DNA of 63,223 bases, counting the filler, from an uncultured bacterium (GTDB lineage Bacteria > DYJV01): assembly GCA_964543655.1 (NCBI GenBank). It is 5 parts of 5 records of this genome, joined end to end, with 100 filler letters (N's around TTAATTAATTAA, not from the genome) between each part and the next. Parts side by side here need not be neighbours in the genome. Positions count along the whole stretch, not along the records: positions 37,483 to 52,843 come from CAZIZE010000092.1; positions 52,944 to 59,140 come from CAZIZE010000093.1; 3 more parts are not named here. One strand, written 5' to 3'. The notes below the pieces were generated by a model. That model ran no database searches and had not been told where the DNA came from. It worked only from the letters and a program-made list of their open reading frames with translations. The position numbers were made by a program, and so were the translations under genes. Of this stretch, positions 43,267-53,767 are shown piece after piece; position 1 is the first letter of the stretch, and every line of letters begins with the position of its first letter.

Positions 43267-43806
43267 ATGCCAAGATTATATGATATTTACAAAAATGAAG
43301 TTGTTCCCAAAATGCAAAAAGAGTTTAATTACAAAAATATAATGGAAATTCCTAAGATAGAAAAGATAGTCTTGAACATGGGAGTTGGTGAAGCAACACA
43401 GAACATTAAAATACTTGATAATGCAGTAAATGAGCTTACTTTAATCGCTGGCCAAAAAGCAATTATCAGACGAGCAAAGAGATCTGTTGCAACATTTAAA
43501 CTTAGAACTGGAATGCCTATTGGTTGTATGGTTACTCTTAGAAAAAATAAAATGTATGAATTTCTTGACAAATTCATTAATATAGCATTACCAAGAGTTA
43601 AAGATTTTAGAGGAGTTTCCCCAAAGTCTTTTGATGGAAGAGGTAATTATTCAGTTGGTATTAGAGAACATTTAATTTTTCCAGAGATAGATTATGATAA
43701 AATTGATAAAGTTAAAGGACTTGGTGTAAATATTGTTACTACTGCAAAGACAGATGAAGAGGCAAAAAAATTGTTAGAATTTTTAGGAATGCCTTTTAGA
43801 AAATAA
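43267..43806 (+). CDS. rplE: 50S ribosomal protein L5
   Basis: [26 protein letters not shown]. Confidence 0.98.
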   Translation: MPRLYDIYKNEVVPKMQKEFNYKNIMEIPKIEKIVLNMGVGEATQNIKILDNAVNELTLIAGQKAIIRRAKRSVATFKLRTGMPIGCMVTLRKNKMYEFLDKFINIALPRVKDFRGVSPKSFDGRGNYSVGIREHLIFPEIDYDKIDKVKGLGVNIVTTAKTDEEAKKLLEFLGMPFRK

Positions 43807-43818
43807 AAGGAGGAAAAG

Positions 43819-44004
43819 TTGGCAAAAAAAAGCTGGATTTACAGACATTTGAAACCCAAAAAATTTAAAGTCAGAGAATATAACAGATGTCCTTTGTGTG
43901 GTAGATCAAGGGCATTTTTAAGAGATTTTAACATGTGTAGATTATGTTTTAGAAAATTAGCATCCAATGGTGAAATTCCAGGGATAACAAAAGCAAGTTG
44001 GTAA
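43819..44004 (+). CDS. rpsN: 30S ribosomal protein S14 (zinc-binding type Z)
   Basis: 61 aa, [24 protein letters not shown] start. Confidence 0.97.
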   Translation: MAKKSWIYRHLKPKKFKVREYNRCPLCGRSRAFLRDFNMCRLCFRKLASNGEIPGITKASW

Positions 44005-44014
44005 GGAGAATAAA

Positions 44015-44410
44015 ATGGTGACAGATCCAATTGCAGATTCATTAACAAGAATTAGAAATGCACAAATGGTAAATAAAGAATATGTGGACTTAATGTATTC
44101 AAAGATTATTGAAGGAATTGTACAGATTTTAAAGGAAAATGGATTTATTAAAAATTTTAAAGTAGCTGCTGAAGGTAAAAATTCTTACATTCGAGTATAT
44201 CTTAAATATGATGCTAATAAGAAACCTGTTATTAATGAAATTACGAGAGTTAGCAAGCCTGGGTTAAGAAAATATATTGGTGCTAAAAAAATTAAACCTT
44301 TTAAAAATGGAATAGGCATTAGAATCTTAACAACATCTAAAGGTATTATTACAGATAAAGAGGCAAAAAAGCAAAATATTGGTGGTGAAATTATCTGCGA
44401 AATTTGGTAA
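44015..44410 (+). CDS. rpsH: 30S ribosomal protein S8
   Basis: DPIADSLTRIRNA, SKPGLR, GGEIIC. Confidence 0.98.
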   Translation: MVTDPIADSLTRIRNAQMVNKEYVDLMYSKIIEGIVQILKENGFIKNFKVAAEGKNSYIRVYLKYDANKKPVINEITRVSKPGLRKYIGAKKIKPFKNGIGIRILTTSKGIITDKEAKKQNIGGEIICEIW

Positions 44411-44424
44411 AAAGGAGATTATAA

Positions 44425-44961
44425 ATGTCCAGAATAGGAAGATTACCTGTAGAGATACCTGATAAAGTAAAGGTATCAATTAAAAATGGCACTTATATAA
44501 TGGTAGAAGGGCCATTAGGAAAATTAGAAAAGAAATTTCCTCCTGTTGTAGAATTGAAACAGGAAGATAATAAAATAGTTGTGGTTAAAAAAGGTGAAAA
44601 CAAATTTGCCAAATCAATGTATGGAACAGCAAGAGCTATTGTTAATAATATGATTACAGGTGTTTCAAAAGGATTTATGAAACAACTCCAACTTGAAGGT
44701 GTTGGTTACAGAGCTGAGCTTGCTGGAAAGGTTTTAAAATTGGCACTTGGATATTCTCATCCAATTGAATTTCCGATTCCTGAAAATATTGAGATTAAAG
44801 TTGAAAGAAATTTAATTTCTGTTAAGGGATTTGATAAAGAACTTGTTGGTAGTGTTGCTGCAAAAATTAGGTCTTTTAGAAAACCTGAACCATACAAAGG
44901 TAAAGGTATTAGATACGTTGATGAAAAGATAATCAGAAAAGCAGGAAAAACAGCAAAATAG
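44425..44961 (+). CDS. rplF: 50S ribosomal protein L6
   Basis: MSRIG, PEPYKGKGIRY. Confidence 0.98.
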   Translation: MSRIGRLPVEIPDKVKVSIKNGTYIMVEGPLGKLEKKFPPVVELKQEDNKIVVVKKGENKFAKSMYGTARAIVNNMITGVSKGFMKQLQLEGVGYRAELAGKVLKLALGYSHPIEFPIPENIEIKVERNLISVKGFDKELVGSVAAKIRSFRKPEPYKGKGIRYVDEKIIRKAGKTAK

Positions 44962-44972
44962 AGGTGTAGATA

Positions 44973-45341
44973 ATGATAAAAAAAGATTTTGTTAAAGAGA
45001 GATATGAAAGAAGAAGATTAAGATCAAAAAAGAAGATAAAAGGAACTCCAGAAAGACCAAGGTTGGTAGTTTTCAAATCAAATAGATATTTATATGTACA
45101 AGCAGTTGATGATATTAATCAAACAACAATTGCAAGTGCATCTTCCCTTGAAAAAGAATTAAAAGATGAATTGAAATCAACTAAGGATAAAGAAGCTGCA
45201 AAAGTTGTTGGAAATTTAATTGGAAAGAGATTATTGGAAAAAAAGATAGATTCAGTTGTTTTTGATAGGAATGGATATTTATATCATGGCAGAGTTAAAT
45301 CATTAGCTGATGGTGCCAGAGAAGCTGGATTAAAATTTTAA
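44973..45341 (+). CDS. rplR: 50S ribosomal protein L18
   Basis: [22 protein letters not shown]. Confidence 0.98.
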   Translation: MIKKDFVKERYERRRLRSKKKIKGTPERPRLVVFKSNRYLYVQAVDDINQTTIASASSLEKELKDELKSTKDKEAAKVVGNLIGKRLLEKKIDSVVFDRNGYLYHGRVKSLADGAREAGLKF

Positions 45342-45355
45342 CCAAGGAGGAAATC

Positions 45356-45838
45356 TTGAGCATTAAGTTAGATGATGTAAGCAATCTTAAAGAAAAAATA
45401 GTTGAAATAAGAAGGGTAACAAAGGTAGTAAAAGGTGGCCGTAGGTTTTCATTTAGTGCTCTTGTTGTTGTTGGCGATGGTAATGGAGTTGTAGGTTATG
45501 GATTGGGTAAAGCTAAAGAAGTACCAGAGGCAATAAGAAAAGGTATTGAAAAAGCTAAGAAAAACTTAATTAAAGTTCCAATAGAAAATAATACTATTCC
45601 TTATCAAGTAATAGGTAAATTTGGAGCAGGAAAAGTACTACTTAAGCCAGCAAGTGAAGGTACAGGTACTATTGCTGGTGGTGCTGTTAAAGCTGTTCTT
45701 GAAGTATGTGGTATTAACAATATTCTTACAAAGTGTTTAGGAAGCAGAAATTCACATAATGCAGTTAAAGCTACAATAGAAGGTTTAAAAATGTTAAAAA
45801 GTAAAGATGAAATTTTAAAAATTAGAGGGTTGAAATAA
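45356..45838 (+). CDS. rpsE: 30S ribosomal protein S5
   Basis: [17 protein letters not shown] start. Confidence 0.98.
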   Translation: MSIKLDDVSNLKEKIVEIRRVTKVVKGGRRFSFSALVVVGDGNGVVGYGLGKAKEVPEAIRKGIEKAKKNLIKVPIENNTIPYQVIGKFGAGKVLLKPASEGTGTIAGGAVKAVLEVCGINNILTKCLGSRNSHNAVKATIEGLKMLKSKDEILKIRGLK

Positions 45839-46296
45839 TGGAAAAAATATTATCAAATTTAAAAAATCTTCCTGGAGCCAAGCATAAGAAAAAAAGAGTT
45901 GGAAGAGGACCTGGCTCAGGCTGGGGGAAAACCGCTGGGAAAGGTCATAAAGGGCAAAATTCAAGGTCTGGAGGCGGAGTACCTGCTTCATTTGAAGGTG
46001 GTCAGATGCCATTAATTAGAAGATTGCCAAAAAGAGGTTTTAAAAATCCATTTGCAAAAGTTTACAATATAGTTAATCTTGAAACAATAGAAAAGAAGTT
46101 CTCAGAAGGAGAAACAGTTTCTACAGAAACATTGCTTGAGAAAAAGGTTATTAAGAAGAGACTTGATGGTGTAAAAATCCTTAGTAATGGTGAAATTAGT
46201 AAAAAATTGAAATTTCAAGTTGAAAAAATTTCTGCAAAAGCCAAAGAAAAGATAATCTCAGCGGGAGGAGAAATAATCAATAATGAAGAAGCTTAA
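45838..46296 (+). CDS. rplO: 50S ribosomal protein L15
   Basis: [17 protein letters not shown]. Confidence 0.98.
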   Translation: MEKILSNLKNLPGAKHKKKRVGRGPGSGWGKTAGKGHKGQNSRSGGGVPASFEGGQMPLIRRLPKRGFKNPFAKVYNIVNLETIEKKFSEGETVSTETLLEKKVIKKRLDGVKILSNGEISKKLKFQVEKISAKAKEKIISAGGEIINNEEA

Positions 46297-47602
46297 AAGA
46301 GAAGCACAGAAATTAGAGAATTTTTCCGGCTTAAATGAGTTACAGAAAAAGATTTTATATACATTTGTTTTACTTTTAATTTATAGATTAGGTATACATA
46401 TTCCAACCCCTGGTATTGATGGTCAGGCTCTTGCTGCTTTTTTTAATCAGATGAAAGGCACATTGTTAAATGTTTTTGATATGTTTGCTGGAGGTGGTTT
46501 AAGGAAATTATCAATATTTGCTCTTGGAATTATGCCTTATATTTCTGCATCAATTATTATGGAATTACTGACAGTTGTTATTCCTAAACTTGACCAATTA
46601 AAAAAAGAGGGCAGTGAAGGTTATAAAAAAATAACACAATATTCAAGATATGGCACAGTGTTAATTTCAATGGTTCAAGGTTTTGGTCTTGCTGTTGGTC
46701 TTGAATCTATGACAAGTCCATCAGGAGCACCAGTTGTTTTGGATCCGGGATGGATATTTAGAATTAATACAATGATAACCTTAACTGCAGGTACTGTTTT
46801 TATTATGTGGCTTGGAGAACGAATCACTGAAAAGGGAATAGGTAATGGAATATCTTTAATTATTTTTGCAGGAATTGTTACTCGATTACCTGGTGCTGTA
46901 ATAAATACCCTTCGATTAATTAGAACAGGAGAACTAACTCTGCTTGTTGCTCTTTTAATTTTGGTTTTAGCAGTTGTAGTTGTTGGAGCAATTATATTTT
47001 TTGAAACAGCTCAGAGACGTATCCCCATTCATTATGCTAAACGAGTGGTTGGCAGAAAAGTTTATGGTGGTCAATCAACTTTTTTACCACTTAAATTAAA
47101 CACAGCAGGAGTTATTCCACCTATTTTTGCTTCTTCAATTTTACTTTTTCCAGCTACTATGACTAACTTTGTAAAGATACCTATTTTTCAAGAATTTAAC
47201 AGGATTTTTAATCCTACTTCAATTTTATACAATGTTATTTATGTTATACTTATTTTTGGTTTTTGTTTTTTCTATACTGCCATTACTTTTAGAAGTGATA
47301 ATGTTGCAGATAATTTAAAAAAATATGGTGGATTTATACCAGGAATTAGACCAGGTAAAAGAACTGCTGAATATATAGATAAAATTCTTACAAGAGTTAC
47401 TTTTTGGGGCGCAATATATGTTTCTGCTGTATGTATATTGCCAAAAATTTTATTAAAAGAGTTCAATGTTCCATTTTATTTTGGTGGAACATCACTACTT
47501 ATTGTTGTTGGTGTTGCTATAGATGTAATGCAGAGAATAGAGTCATATATGATTAATAGAAATTATGAAGGATTGATTAGAAAAGGTAGGAAAGGTATTT
47601 AA
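46283..47602 (+). CDS. secY: Preprotein translocase SecY
   Basis: SIFALGIMPYISASII, GIGNGISLII, IPGIRPG. Confidence 0.99.
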   Translation: MKKLKREAQKLENFSGLNELQKKILYTFVLLLIYRLGIHIPTPGIDGQALAAFFNQMKGTLLNVFDMFAGGGLRKLSIFALGIMPYISASIIMELLTVVIPKLDQLKKEGSEGYKKITQYSRYGTVLISMVQGFGLAVGLESMTSPSGAPVVLDPGWIFRINTMITLTAGTVFIMWLGERITEKGIGNGISLIIFAGIVTRLPGAVINTLRLIRTGELTLLVALLILVLAVVVVGAIIFFETAQRRIPIHYAKRVVGRKVYGGQSTFLPLKLNTAGVIPPIFASSILLFPATMTNFVKIPIFQEFNRIFNPTSILYNVIYVILIFGFCFFYTAITFRSDNVADNLKKYGGFIPGIRPGKRTAEYIDKILTRVTFWGAIYVSAVCILPKILLKEFNVPFYFGGTSLLIVVGVAIDVMQRIESYMINRNYEGLIRKGRKGI

Positions 47603-47618
47603 TTAAAAGGAGGATAAA

Positions 47619-48269
47619 ATGAATATAATATTATTGGGACCTCCAGGTGCAGGTAAAGGTACACAGGCAGGAAAAATAATTGAGAAGTATAAAATTCCAC
47701 AAATCTCCACTGGTGATATTTTGAGAGCAGCAGTTAGAGAGGGAACTGAGCTTGGTAAAGAAGCACAAAAATATATGAATGAAGGTAAATTAGTTCCTGA
47801 TTCTGTGGTTATTGGTATAATAAGGGATAGATTAAAAGAAGATGATTGTAAAAATGGGTATCTACTTGATGGTTTTCCAAGAACTATTGCTCAAGCAGAA
47901 GAGCTTGATAATATACTTTCTGAAATGAACAGTTCTCTTGATTGTGTTATTAGTATAGAAGTTTTAGATGAAGAGATTATACAGAGAATCACTGGTAGAA
48001 GAATGTGTAAAGAGTGTGGAGCTGTTTATCACATTAAATACAGCCCACCATCAAAAGATGGAATTTGTGATAAATGTGGTGGAAATTTATATCAAAGAGA
48101 TGATGATAAAGAGGAAACAGTTAGAGAAAGACTTGAGGTATATAAGAAACAAACAGAGCCTTTAAAAGAGTATTACAACAAAAAAGGAATTTTAAAAGAA
48201 GTTGAAGGAACAGGAAGTATTGATTCCATTTTTGCTTCAATTGATGGAATTTTATCACAATACAAATAA
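47619..48269 (+). CDS. adk: Adenylate kinase
   Basis: GPPGAGKGT, LDGFPR, zinc lid. Confidence 0.99.
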   Translation: MNIILLGPPGAGKGTQAGKIIEKYKIPQISTGDILRAAVREGTELGKEAQKYMNEGKLVPDSVVIGIIRDRLKEDDCKNGYLLDGFPRTIAQAEELDNILSEMNSSLDCVISIEVLDEEIIQRITGRRMCKECGAVYHIKYSPPSKDGICDKCGGNLYQRDDDKEETVRERLEVYKKQTEPLKEYYNKKGILKEVEGTGSIDSIFASIDGILSQYK

Positions 48270-49015
48270 TGATTATTTTAAAATCTGCTGAAGAAATTAA
48301 CAGGATAAAAGAAGCCTGTAAAATAGTAAGAGAAATATTAAATTTGCTCTATGAAAATATAAAAGAAGATGTGCCAACCAAAAGATTGAACAGTTTAGCT
48401 GAAAAAAGGACAGAGGAGTTAAATGCAAAACCTGCTTTTAAAGGTTATGCAGGTTTTCCTGCATCAGTTTGTATCTCTCTTAATGAAGAAGTTGTACACG
48501 GAATTCCAAGTAACAAAAGGGTTATTAAAGAGGGAGATTTAGTTAAAATAGATTTTGGTGCAATTTATAAAGGTTATTATGGAGATGCAGCTTTTACAAA
48601 GATAGTTGGCAAAGTTAGTAAAAGGAAACAAAATTTAGTAAAAACAACAGAAGAAGCTTTATATAAAGGTATTGAAGCTGCTGTTATTGGTAATAGCATT
48701 GGAGATATTGGATTTGCTGTACAACAGCATGCTGAAAGCAGAGGTTATTCTGTTGTTCGATCTTTTGTAGGCCACGGTATTGGTAGGAATCTTCATGAAG
48801 AACCTCAGGTACCTAACTTTGGTTTTCCTAAAAAGGGCCCAAAAATAAAAAAGGGTCTGGTGATAGCTATTGAACCAATGATAAATGAAGGTACTTATGA
48901 AGTAGAGGTCTTAAAAGATAAATGGACTGTTGTAACAAAGGATAGAAAATTAAGTGCTCATTTTGAGCATACAATTGCTGTTACAGATAATGGTCCAGAA
49001 ATTTTAACAAAATAA
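48269..49015 (+). CDS. map: Methionine aminopeptidase
   Basis: VVHGIP, GHGIG..LHEEP, SAHFEHT. Confidence 0.98.
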   Translation: MIILKSAEEINRIKEACKIVREILNLLYENIKEDVPTKRLNSLAEKRTEELNAKPAFKGYAGFPASVCISLNEEVVHGIPSNKRVIKEGDLVKIDFGAIYKGYYGDAAFTKIVGKVSKRKQNLVKTTEEALYKGIEAAVIGNSIGDIGFAVQQHAESRGYSVVRSFVGHGIGRNLHEEPQVPNFGFPKKGPKIKKGLVIAIEPMINEGTYEVEVLKDKWTVVTKDRKLSAHFEHTIAVTDNGPEILTK

Positions 49016-49030
49016 AAGGAGTAATTATTA

Positions 49031-49276
49031 ATGGCCAAAAGTGATGTAATAGAAGTAGAAGGAACTGTTTTAGAAAATTTACCAAATGCTATGTTTAGAG
49101 TAGAACTTGAAAATGGCCACAAAATTTTAGCTCACATTTCAGGAAAGATGAGAATGCATTACATTAGAATTTTACCAGGAGATAGAGTAACTGTTGAATT
49201 GTCACCTTATGATTTGACAAAAGGGAGAATCACGTATAGGAAAACAAAAAAAGATAATAATAGGAGCAACAAATGA
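49031..49276 (+). CDS. infA: Translation initiation factor IF-1
   Basis: [20 protein letters not shown]. Confidence 0.98.
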   Translation: MAKSDVIEVEGTVLENLPNAMFRVELENGHKILAHISGKMRMHYIRILPGDRVTVELSPYDLTKGRITYRKTKKDNNRSNK

Positions 49277-49386
49277 AAGTTAGAAGTAGTGTAAAAAAAA
49301 TTTGCCCAAAATGTAAAATTATTAAAAGAAAAGGTATTGTTAGAGTAATTTGTGAAAATCCAAGACACAAACAAAAACAAGGATAG
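49273..49386 (+). CDS. rpmJ: 50S ribosomal protein L36
   Basis: Manual translation [37 protein letters not shown]; below the ORF-track length cutoff. Confidence 0.98.
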   Translation: MKVRSSVKKICPKCKIIKRKGIVRVICENPRHKQKQG

Positions 49387-49401
49387 AAGGAGGTAGTTGT
49401 T

Positions 49402-49776
49402 TTGGCAAGAATAGCAGGTGTAGATTTACCCAAAAATAAAAGAATTGAAATAGCGCTCACATATATATATGGAATTGGAAGGAGCAGAGCTAAAGAGATA
49501 ATTTCAGAAACTGGAGTTGATCCTGATACAAGAACATACAATTTAACTGATGAAGATATAGCGAAAATAAGAAATTATATTGACAACAACTTTAAAGTAG
49601 AAGGTGATCTTAGAAAAGAAGTTACACAAAACATAAAAAGATTGATGGAAATAGGTTGTTATAGGGGATTAAGACATAGAAAAGGACTTCCTGTTAGAGG
49701 ACAGAAGACAAGGACAAATGCAAGAACAAGAAAAGGACCTCGTGGAGCTGCAATAGCCAAGAAAAAGAAAAAATAG
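49402..49776 (+). CDS. rpsM: 30S ribosomal protein S13
   Basis: [23 protein letters not shown] start. Confidence 0.98.
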   Translation: MARIAGVDLPKNKRIEIALTYIYGIGRSRAKEIISETGVDPDTRTYNLTDEDIAKIRNYIDNNFKVEGDLRKEVTQNIKRLMEIGCYRGLRHRKGLPVRGQKTRTNARTRKGPRGAAIAKKKKK

Positions 49777-49793
49777 ATAAAAGGAGATAGTTA

Positions 49794-50180
49794 ATGGCAA
49801 GAGTTAGAAAGACAAAAAAAATTCAAAAATTACCCTTTAATGAAGGATTAGCATATATTAAAGCTACATTTAATAACACCATAATTACTATTACTGATAA
49901 AAAAGGTAATGTTTTATGCTGGGCAAGTGGTGGTAATGTTGGTTTTAAAGGTTCCAGAAAAAGTACACCTTATGCTGCACAGCTTGCAGCTCAGGATGTT
50001 GCCAAAAAAGCTTTAGAAATGGGTATTGAAAGGGTTGGTATTCTTGTTAAAGGTCCTGGAGCAGGAAGAGATAGTGCTATTAGAGGACTTCAAGCAGCAG
50101 GACTAAAAATTAACATGATTAGAGATATTACTCCAATACCACACAATGGTTGTAGACCACCAAAAAGAAGAAGAGTTTAA
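49794..50180 (+). CDS. rpsK: 30S ribosomal protein S11
   Basis: [22 protein letters not shown]. Confidence 0.98.
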   Translation: MARVRKTKKIQKLPFNEGLAYIKATFNNTIITITDKKGNVLCWASGGNVGFKGSRKSTPYAAQLAAQDVAKKALEMGIERVGILVKGPGAGRDSAIRGLQAAGLKINMIRDITPIPHNGCRPPKRRRV

Positions 50181-50209
50181 ATTTATAACAATAAATTAAG
50201 GAGGAAGAA

Positions 50210-50836
50210 TTGGGTAGATATGTAGGACCAGTTTGTAAACTTTGTAGAAGAGAAGGAGTTAAACTGTTTTTAAAAGGAGATAGATGTTTTTCTGATAAAT
50301 GTGGATTTGAAAAGAGAAACTATCCTCCTGGTGAACATGGACAGAGGACAGTTAAATTAACAGGATATGGTTTGCAGCTTAGGGAGAAGCAAAAATTGAA
50401 AAGAATTTATGGTGTTAGTGAAAAGCAATTTAGAAATTATTTTTACAAAGCTGATAAAATGAAGGGAATTACAGGTGATAATTTGATAGAATTACTTGAA
50501 AGAAGGCTTGATTCAGTTGTTTATAAATTAGGGCTTGCTGCATCACGTAGAGAAGCAAGGATTCTTATTAGACACAATCATTTTACAGTAAATGGAAGAA
50601 AGGTTAATATCCCTTCATTTTTAGTTAAAGAAGGTGATGTGATTGAGGTAAAAGAGAAGAGTAGAGAAAAGAGTAAAATTATTGAAACTATTGAAGCATC
50701 ACAGAGGAGAACAATTCCTGAATATCTTGAACTTGATAGAGATAATTTTAGGGGTGTAGTAAAAAGATTGCCAAAGAGAGAAGAGATTTCATTACCTGTT
50801 AATGAACAGTTGATTGTTGAGCTCTACTCTAAATAA
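50210..50836 (+). CDS. rpsD: 30S ribosomal protein S4
   Basis: [23 protein letters not shown] start. Confidence 0.98.
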   Translation: MGRYVGPVCKLCRREGVKLFLKGDRCFSDKCGFEKRNYPPGEHGQRTVKLTGYGLQLREKQKLKRIYGVSEKQFRNYFYKADKMKGITGDNLIELLERRLDSVVYKLGLAASRREARILIRHNHFTVNGRKVNIPSFLVKEGDVIEVKEKSREKSKIIETIEASQRRTIPEYLELDRDNFRGVVKRLPKREEISLPVNEQLIVELYSK

Positions 50837-50851
50837 GCAGGAGGCTTTTTA

Positions 50852-51889
50852 ATGATTTATAGGAATTGGACAGAATTGGTAAAACCAACAAAAATAGTAA
50901 AAGAGAAAAGTGATAGAGATCCTAATAAATATGGGAAGTTTATAATTGAACCTCTTGAAAGAGGTTTTGGTCTAACATTAGGAAATGCACTGAGACGGGT
51001 ATTACTTTCCTCTTTGCAGGGTGCAGCAATTGTAGATGTTAAATTTGATCATGTTAACCATGAATTTGATACAATTCCAGGTGTTAAAGAAAGTGTTGCA
51101 GAAATAGTTATGAATTTAAAACAGGTTCATCTTTTTCTGGAAAATAAAGAAAGCGTTATAGTTACCCTTAATGCAAAAGGACCCAAAGTTGTTACAGCAG
51201 CTGATATTAAGGAGACAGCAGGTTTAACTGTTTTAAATAAAGATAAAGAAATAGCTACCCTTGATGAAGATGGTGAAATAAATGCTATTATGACAATTAA
51301 AATGGGTAAAGGCTATGTTCCAGCTGAAGAGCAGAAAGATGATTTACCTATTGGTACAATAGCTGTTGATGCAATTTTTTCACCAATAATTAAGGTTGCA
51401 TATAATGTTTCAAATGCAAGAATTGGAGAAAAAACAGATTATGATAAATTGACAATAGAGATTACTACCAAAGGTGGAGTTAAGCCTGAAGATGCACTTG
51501 CCTATGCTGCTAAAATTTTACAAGATCAATTAACAGTATTTATCAACTTTGATGAATCACAGCTTGAAATTCCTGAAGAAAAAAGTGATGAAACCAAAGA
51601 GGAGGTTCCTTCATATTATAAACATCTTTACAGGTCTGTTGATGAGCTTGAGCTGTCAGTTAGGGCATCTAATTGCCTTAAGAAAGCTAATATCAGGCTT
51701 ATTGGAGAGCTTGTTCAGAAGACAGAAGCAGAAATGCTGGCTACAAAGAATTTTGGTAGAAAATCTTTAAATGAAATTAAAGATGTTTTAAAAGAGTTAG
51801 ATCTAACACTTGGAATGGAAATCCCAGATTTTAATCCTGAAAAGGTATTATCTAAAAAGAAAGAAGAAGGAGTTACAAATGAGGCATAG
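50852..51889 (+). CDS. rpoA: RNA polymerase alpha subunit
   Basis: EPLERGFG.TLGNALRR, LELSVRASNCL. Confidence 0.99.
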   Translation: MIYRNWTELVKPTKIVKEKSDRDPNKYGKFIIEPLERGFGLTLGNALRRVLLSSLQGAAIVDVKFDHVNHEFDTIPGVKESVAEIVMNLKQVHLFLENKESVIVTLNAKGPKVVTAADIKETAGLTVLNKDKEIATLDEDGEINAIMTIKMGKGYVPAEEQKDDLPIGTIAVDAIFSPIIKVAYNVSNARIGEKTDYDKLTIEITTKGGVKPEDALAYAAKILQDQLTVFINFDESQLEIPEEKSDETKEEVPSYYKHLYRSVDELELSVRASNCLKKANIRLIGELVQKTEAEMLATKNFGRKSLNEIKDVLKELDLTLGMEIPDFNPEKVLSKKKEEGVTNEA

Positions 51890-52411
51890 AAGATTCACCA
51901 AAAGAATAGGGACAGATTCTGATCATGCAAGAGCAAATTTAAGAAATTTAGCTTCTGCACTTATAAAATATGAACAGATAAAAACAACAGTTGCAAAAGC
52001 AAAGCAGCTGAGATCATTTGTTGAAAAGCTTATAACTTTTGGTAAAGAGGAGATCTGCATGCAAGAAGAATAGTAGTAGCAAGATTAAATGATAAATCAG
52101 CTACAAAGAAAATATTTGATGATCTTGCCAAAAGATTTGCAAATAGAAATGGTGGTTATACACGAATAGTTAAAGCAGGTTATAGAGCAGGTGACTGTGC
52201 TCCAATGGCTTATATAATGTTTGTTGAGTCTGAGATAAAAGAAAAAGAGAAAAAGGAAGAGCCTAAGAAAGAGGTTGAAGAGATTAAAGAAAAAGTAAAA
52301 GAAGAGCTTGAAGAAAAAGAGAGTGGCGAAGCTCCAGTTACAGAAGAAAATGGTGAAAAAAAAGAGGAGCTTATAGAAGAAGGAGAAGCGGAAACAAAAA
52401 AAGAAGAATAA
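51879..52411 (+). CDS. rplQ: 50S ribosomal protein L17 with an apparent 1-nt frameshift near 52044-52046 (probable sequencing error)
   Basis: [13 protein letters not shown] in one frame and [22 protein letters not shown] in another; adding one A restores the frame. Confidence 0.93.
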
Positions 52412-52416
52412 AACAT

Positions 52417-52444
52417 AAAAAGCTGCCTTCTGGCAGCTTTTTTT
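52417..52444 (+). terminator. Intrinsic terminator ending the alpha operon
   Basis: AAAAAGCTGCC-TTCT-GGCAGCTTTTT then T-run. Confidence 0.88.
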
Positions 52445-52482
52445 ATATATTAATTTAAATTTTTTAAAACTTTTGCAGAGTA

Positions 52483-52843
52483 AAGACTTTTGCACAGTAG
52501 TTTTCTAAAAAATTAAGAAAAAACCTATTGAGATATATAAAAAGTTATTGAAAATATTTGGGAAAAATGATAATAAACCTAAAAAAAAAGAGATATCAAA
52601 TGCCCAAAATGCATGGAGGAGGATTTGGTGACATAGAAATGTTAAATAGATTTAAAGAACCCACTTTTTACGATAATGTAGATAAATTAATAGATTGGTC
52701 AAAAATAGAAAGAATATTAAAACGTTATTATAAGAAGAACAAGAATGCGGTGGGTAATCCAGCCTATCCAGCGTTAAGGATGTTTAAGATATTACTGGTG
52801 CAGAGGTGGGAAAATTATAGTGATCCTCAGATGGAATTTTGAA
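52483..52843 (+). mobile_element. IS5-family element: left end and transposase N-terminus (CDS from about 52600), cut at the contig end
   Basis: LIDWSKIE..GNPAYPALRMFKILLVQRWENYSDPQME; candidate end AAGACTTTTGCACAG. Confidence 0.8.
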
Positions 52844-52943
52844 NNNNNNNNNNNNNNNNNNNNNNNNNNNNNNNNNNNNNNNNNNNNTTAATTAATTAAN
52901 NNNNNNNNNNNNNNNNNNNNNNNNNNNNNNNNNNNNNNNNNNN
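52844..52943. other. Artificial contig linker
   Basis: N run with TTAATTAATTAA. Confidence 0.99.
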
Positions 52944-53005
52944 TAGCAGGTGAAGAAATATAATAAAGGTTTAGCAATAGTTAAAACTCAGTGCAAATGT
53001 CTTCA

Positions 53006-53767
53006 ATGATAAAAAATCTTGGTAAAAAAGGAGTTTTCATAGATTATGGTCCTGTAACAGCAGTGATTTCTATTATTAAAGATAATGCTAATTTAAAAGA
53101 GCTTGAATTTGGAAGTTTTGAAATTATAAAAGATATTTTAAAAGAATTAAGCTGTTACAAAGAGATTCTAAAATTAAAAGCTGCAAATTTAACAACATTT
53201 AGAAAAAAAGTTCCAATGGTGGTAAAAAAAGCAGTAGAAGCTTCTAATTTTATCAATGGTTCTGAACTTTCTCCTATGTCTGCTATTGCTGGTGCTGTTG
53301 GAGAAACAGTCACTGAAAAATTATGTAACAATACCAAAATTCATAGGATAATAATCAATAATGGTGGTGATATTTCAATATTCTGCAAAAATAGAAAATA
53401 TCTTCCTTCTATTGCTATGATTAATTTTAGGGGAAAAATTGTATCAACTGAGGTTGGTGGAATAGCAACAAGTGGTTTAAAAGGTAGAAGCATGACAAAA
53501 GGCATAGCAGATGCAGTTACTGTATTTGCCAAAAGTGCATCAATAGCAGATGCAGCAGCTACATTAATAGCAAACAATGTAACTGTTAAGTCTGAAAAAA
53601 TTGTTTATGAATTTGCAGAAAAATTTGACAAAGATAGTGATTTAAAAGGTGAAAAAATTACAACCTATGTTGGAAAATTAAGTGAAGATGAAATTAAAAA
53701 TGCTCTGTTAAAAGGACTTAAATTTACAGAAAAGAAATTGCGGGTATTGCTGAAGAAAGAGTTTTAA
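53006..53767 (+). CDS. UPF0280/ApbE-like protein, C-terminus probably altered by a deletion
   Basis: IDYGP, PMSAIAGAV, NNGGDI, GIATSG..GRS, ADAAATLIAN. Confidence 0.8.
   Translation: MIKNLGKKGVFIDYGPVTAVISIIKDNANLKELEFGSFEIIKDILKELSCYKEILKLKAANLTTFRKKVPMVVKKAVEASNFINGSELSPMSAIAGAVGETVTEKLCNNTKIHRIIINNGGDISIFCKNRKYLPSIAMINFRGKIVSTEVGGIATSGLKGRSMTKGIADAVTVFAKSASIADAAATLIANNVTVKSEKIVYEFAEKFDKDSDLKGEKITTYVGKLSEDEIKNALLKGLKFTEKKLRVLLKKEF

Noticed and set aside
52044-52046. Programmed ribosomal frameshifting in rplQ
   Set aside because: No slippery heptamer, and the same single-A loss recurs in unrelated genes, which favours sequencing error
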